The position numbers were made by a program, and so were the translations under genes. This document shows, in pieces, positions 58,680-64,000 of a stretch of 64,000 nt of DNA. The DNA comes from Tagaea sp. GTDB taxonomy: Bacteria; Pseudomonadota; Alphaproteobacteria; CACIAM-22H2. Location of the stretch: positions 1,696,001 to 1,760,000 of the forward strand of contig CBDIIB010000005.1 in assembly GCA_965279525.1 (NCBI GenBank), in the 5' to 3' direction. A model generated the notes under the pieces. The model was given only the letters and a program-made list of their open reading frames with translations, was not told the origin of the DNA and did no database searches. Numbering within the stretch: position 1 is the stretch's first letter; each line of letters opens with the position of its first letter.

Positions 58680-60132
58680 CGCTGTCGACCTTGCGCATCC
58701 GCACGTTGGGCCACAGCACGCGGAAATGGGCCCCGCCCATGGCGCTTTCGCCCTGATAGTCGACCTCGCCGCCGTGGCGCGTGACGATGCGCCGCGTGAC
58801 CGCAAGGCCGATGCCGTGGCCTTCGGTCTTCGTCGTGGCTCGGTGGAACAGGCGGAAGATCTGGTTGCGCGCTGTCTCCGGCACGCCCTGGCCGTCGTCC
58901 TCGACATGGAAGGCGCAGTAGCGGCCCTCGCTGCGCACCGAAATGCGGATCGTCGCGTCCGGCCGCCCGGCATGCTTCAGCGCGTTCTCCAGCAGGTTTC
59001 GCAACGCTGTCTGCAGCGGCACGCTCGTGGTGTCGAACGGCGCCACGTCCGGGCCGACCTCGATCTCGATGCGGGCACCCGCCGACCGGTTGACCAGCAG
59101 GACCAGCGATTCGAGCATCTCGCGCGGCGAGACCTTGCTGATCTCGTCGTCCATGGCGCCGGCGCGCGCGTAGGTCAGCAGGTCGTCGATCATCCGCTCG
59201 GTGCGCGCGACGCGGACCTGGATGCGGTCGAAATTGCCGCGCACGCTGTCGGTCATGCGCGCCTCGTCGAGCTCCTCGCGGATCCATTCGAGCAGGTCGG
59301 AAATGCCGCGCAGGGGCGAGCGCAGGTCGTGCGAGGCGACGTAGGTGAACTCCTCGAGATTGGCGTTGGCCTGGCGCAGGTTGTTCTCGAGATCCTTGCG
59401 CAGCGAGATGTCGGTGACGGCCGCGAGCGTCAGCTTGCCGCCGCCCTGCTCGATGGGGGCCAGCGCGATCTCGACCGGGAACTCGGCGCCGCTGCTGTGC
59501 ATGGCCATCAGGTCGCGCCCCGTGCCCATCGCGCGGATGCTGGGCGCCATCGCGTAGCTGTCGCGGAAACCCACATGCTGCTTGCGGATGCGCGCGGGGA
59601 TCAGCACTTCCAGCGCCTTGCCCTTGAGCGCGTCGGGCGCGTAGCCGAACATCGCGTCGGTGCGCGCGTTGGTCAGCGCGATCTTGCCCGCCGCGTCGAC
59701 GAGCAGCAGGCCGAAGGGCATGGCGCCGAACATCTGGGCGAACTGCGCTTCGAGGCGGTGGCGCTGCGTGAGGTCGATGACGAAGGCCATCGCCTGCGAG
59801 TCCGCGCCGTCGCCCACCACGCCGAGGCCGATCTCGATCGGGAACAGGTGGCCGTCGGCATGGCGCGCGCGAAGTTCGCGCCCGCTGCCCATCGCGCGCG
59901 GCTCGGGTGCGCGCAGGAAGGCGTTGCGCCAGTCGACATGGGCATGCCGGCTCGGCTCGGGCAGCAGCATCTCGACAAGCTGGCCCTTCATGTCGCCGAT
60001 CGCGTAGCCGAACATCTGGGCCAGCACCGCGTTGACGTAGACGATGGTGCCGGTCTGGTCGACGACGAGCACGCCGATCGGGGCGGCGTCGACGATGCTC
60101 GAGAGATTGATGTCGGTACGCGCGTCGGCCAT
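58672..60132 (-). CDS. Cytoplasmic PAS-PAS histidine kinase
   Basis: Two similar PAS repeats (MFGY..L.P..H...R.MG.GR.L..FP.EI), SHDLRSPL, NALKH, GHGIGL. Confidence 0.93.
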   Translation of the reverse strand: MADARTDINLSSIVDAAPIGVLVVDQTGTIVYVNAVLAQMFGYAIGDMKGQLVEMLLPEPSRHAHVDWRNAFLRAPEPRAMGSGRELRARHADGHLFPIEIGLGVVGDGADSQAMAFVIDLTQRHRLEAQFAQMFGAMPFGLLLVDAAGKIALTNARTDAMFGYAPDALKGKALEVLIPARIRKQHVGFRDSYAMAPSIRAMGTGRDLMAMHSSGAEFPVEIALAPIEQGGGKLTLAAVTDISLRKDLENNLRQANANLEEFTYVASHDLRSPLRGISDLLEWIREELDEARMTDSVRGNFDRIQVRVARTERMIDDLLTYARAGAMDDEISKVSPREMLESLVLLVNRSAGARIEIEVGPDVAPFDTTSVPLQTALRNLLENALKHAGRPDATIRISVRSEGRYCAFHVEDDGQGVPETARNQIFRLFHRATTKTEGHGIGLAVTRRIVTRHGGEVDYQGESAMGGAHFRVLWPNVRMRKVDSDG

Positions 60133-60260
60133 GGACCCACCGGGATGCAGGGATGCATCCTGCGTGGAATGTCCTACAAAAACCCTAACGCGAAAACCGG
60201 GTCTTCGCGAATATGGTTAATTTCGCGTGCGAATCACAGCCTGAAGGCGTAGCCCTGGTT

Positions 60261-61106
60261 TCACACCGCGAAGCCGTAGAGTTCCGCGGGGTTGTCCACA
60301 AGGATGCGGTTGCGCAGCTTGTCGTCGTCGACCCAGTGCAGCAGCGTGTCGAGCTGGCCCGCGTCGTCGGGCGGATCGGCCAACTTCGACACGTGCGGCC
60401 AGTTCGACGCCCACACCATGCGCTCGGGCGCCAGCGCCACGGCCGCACGCGCCAGTGCACCGGTGTCGGCCCAGTCGGGCGGGCCCTTGCGCGAAACCTC
60501 GTAGGCGGCGGCAAGCTTCAGCCAGCAGCGCCCGCCTTCGAGCAGGCGGGCCAATGCCTTGAAGCCCGGATGGTCGGTCGCGACCGGTTCGAGGAACTTG
60601 CCGACATGGTCGATGACCAGCGGGCAGGGCAGGCGCTTGAGGAAGTCGGCGCGTTCGTGGAGCAGCCGTCCGTCCATCTGCAGCTGGACGTGCCAGCCCA
60701 GCGGTGCAATGCGCGCGGCGACGGTCTCGAGCGCATCCCAGCCCAGCACGCCGCCGGGCAGCATGTGGAAGCGCACGCCGCACGCACCGCGAAAGGCCAT
60801 CGCGGCAAGGTCGGTCTCGCGCACGTCCGCGCCGACGACCACGACCGCGCGCGTGCGCTCGGCGCCCAGCCGCGCCACGCCGTCGAGCGTGACGTTGTTG
60901 TCGAAGCCGTAGGCCGTGGGCTGCACGACGATGGCGCGCGACGTGCCAAGGCGTGCGCGCACCTTCTCGTAGGCCGCGGCATTGGCCCAGACCGGCGGCG
61001 GGATCGTCGCCGTCGGTGCCGCGCGCGCGGCCGGATCGTAGACGTGGATGTGGCTGTCGCAGGCGTTCGCTGGCGCCTTCAGGCGCGGCGGTGTCGGGGA
61101 TGGCAT
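60261..61106 (-). CDS. Amidohydrolase_2 family lactonase (LigI-like)
   Basis: CDSHIHVY, VQPTAYG.DN, IDHVG, WASNWPH, DNPAELY. Confidence 0.88.
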   Translation of the reverse strand: MPSPTPPRLKAPANACDSHIHVYDPAARAAPTATIPPPVWANAAAYEKVRARLGTSRAIVVQPTAYGFDNNVTLDGVARLGAERTRAVVVVGADVRETDLAAMAFRGACGVRFHMLPGGVLGWDALETVAARIAPLGWHVQLQMDGRLLHERADFLKRLPCPLVIDHVGKFLEPVATDHPGFKALARLLEGGRCWLKLAAAYEVSRKGPPDWADTGALARAAVALAPERMVWASNWPHVSKLADPPDDAGQLDTLLHWVDDDKLRNRILVDNPAELYGFAV

Positions 61107-61119
61107 TCCGTTTCCTCGT

Positions 61120-62946
<1,827 letters not shown>

Positions 62947-63004
62947 CGGCTTATTCTTGGCGTGCCGGGTTGCATATTGCCGTATGACGATGCCCTACAA
63001 ATGA

Positions 63005-63021
63005 CTAAGCGGACGTTAACC
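63005..63021. promoter_or_regulatory. Putative CtrA box
   Basis: CTAA-GCGGACG-TTAACC upstream of the kinase gene. Confidence 0.5.
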
Positions 63022-63042
63022 GTGCGCGGTGCCGGACGATGT

Positions 63043-63255
63043 TCAGCCGGCAGCCCCGCGCCACTCGCCGCACCAGTCGCTGTCATAGGACGATGCGGTG
63101 GCGCTGTTGATGCGGATGCTGGTCCACACCGGGACCGGCGGAAAGCGCCGGCACAGGCCCAGGAACGCCGTTCCGCCCTCGGTCGCCGGGCGGGGCGTCG
63201 CGGGTGGCAGCCAGTACATGCAGTTCGAGCAGCGCTGGGTCGTCGCAGGCTTCAT
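63043..63255 (-). CDS. Small four-Cys protein (CxxC...C...WC)
   Basis: GGAGGA RBS; CSNCMYW..GLCRRFPP..DWCGEW. Confidence 0.75.
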   Translation of the reverse strand: MKPATTQRCSNCMYWLPPATPRPATEGGTAFLGLCRRFPPVPVWTSIRINSATASSYDSDWCGEWRGAAG

Positions 63256-63306
63256 GGCGCGTCCTCCCCGACTTGCCGGCCGTTCACGGCCGTTGGGGCA
63301 ACCCTA

Positions 63307-63873
63307 TCACGGCGCCACGAAGGCGAGCATGTCGTTGACGAATTGGTCGTGCAGCCCGGCGAGATGGCCTTCGGTCGGATCCGCGCGCGGGCCGGCAACG
63401 CGCACCAGATAGGCGAGGATCTGCCGCACCTCGCCTTCGCCGAATGCCAGCAGCAGGCGCTCGAAGCCGATATTGTGGCCGTCGCGGCTGATGCGGTGGC
63501 TGCGGGAATAGAGCGGCAGTTTTGTCGAAAGCACGGCCGAATAGCAGTCGAGGATCTGGCTGGCGGACTCGCGCGGAAGCACTTCGTCGAGGTACCGGCC
63601 GGTGAAATTGCCGCCGTCGGCGACGGCCGCGTTGTTGCCGTGCACGCGGAAGCGCAGCCGGCTGCCCCCGCCGTCGCTCTCGACGTCGTAGAGGATCAGG
63701 TCGGGCCACCACGCGGCGAGTTCTTCGGCCAGGAAGTCGCGGCGCGACGGCATCGCGCGCCCGGCGAGCCGGCCGGCCCACCAGTCGAACAGGGCGCGTG
63801 CCCGCGCCGACGGAATGGCCTCGCGGCTGACCGTCGGCGCGAAATCGGGATGGACGCGGGTTGCGACGAACAT
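63307..63873 (-). CDS. PAS_5 (DUF1457-like) protein
   Basis: LFDWW....GRAMPSRRDF, FRVHG, TGRYL, FERLLL. Confidence 0.85.
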   Translation of the reverse strand: MFVATRVHPDFAPTVSREAIPSARARALFDWWAGRLAGRAMPSRRDFLAEELAAWWPDLILYDVESDGGGSRLRFRVHGNNAAVADGGNFTGRYLDEVLPRESASQILDCYSAVLSTKLPLYSRSHRISRDGHNIGFERLLLAFGEGEVRQILAYLVRVAGPRADPTEGHLAGLHDQFVNDMLAFVAP

Positions 63874-63942
63874 GCGGTCGAGTCTTGCATACAAAAGTTA
63901 ACAAAAATGTATGACGTCCGGGACCTGGGCTAGAATGGCGCC

Positions 63943-64000
63943 ATGGACCTGCCGAGCATCTCGGATTTCGCGCGCCACGGCGTCGATCCCGGCCACTATG
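63943..64000 (+). CDS. Start of a CDS truncated by the window edge
   Basis: MDLPSISDFARHGVDPGHY; open to the end of the window. Confidence 0.4.
   Translation, partial: MDLPSISDFARHGVDPGHY

Overview
High-GC alphaproteobacterial chromosome segment. Gene content and order point to a Rhodospirillales-like organism. Core genes include thrS, ribF, acs, gpsA, tsaD, hemC and hemD, tRNA-Thr(CGT), and an FMN riboswitch with ribH2. There is also a flagellar export/rod cluster (flhB-fliR-fliQ-fliE-flgC-flgB, divergent from flhX-fliO-fliP), an MCP, TRAP and RND transporters, and many signalling genes. The best candidate for an undescribed system is a family of ~330-370 aa unknown helical proteins. Three tandem paralogues (5277-8456; the first two preceded by CtrA-like boxes) are followed by a bipartite pentapeptide-repeat protein. 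A fourth, remote member identified by manual alignment lies at 46098-47207, coupled to another unknown gene. The second candidate is a 39-bp GGTTAC/GTAACC element present twice in inverted orientation (15042-15080 and 49058-49096). Each copy lies downstream of a same-sense promoter candidate, and one transcript would carry an rrn-type boxA. Other oddities are a DUF560-like/FecR/CHASE2-cyclase/Crp module, a HemD-Mic60 fusion, a TGS-less ThrS, orphan flgE and fliG copies, and a low-GC single-gene islet at tRNA-Thr. No CRISPR array, integrase or transposase was recognised. All calls come from motif recognition by eye; no searches were run.
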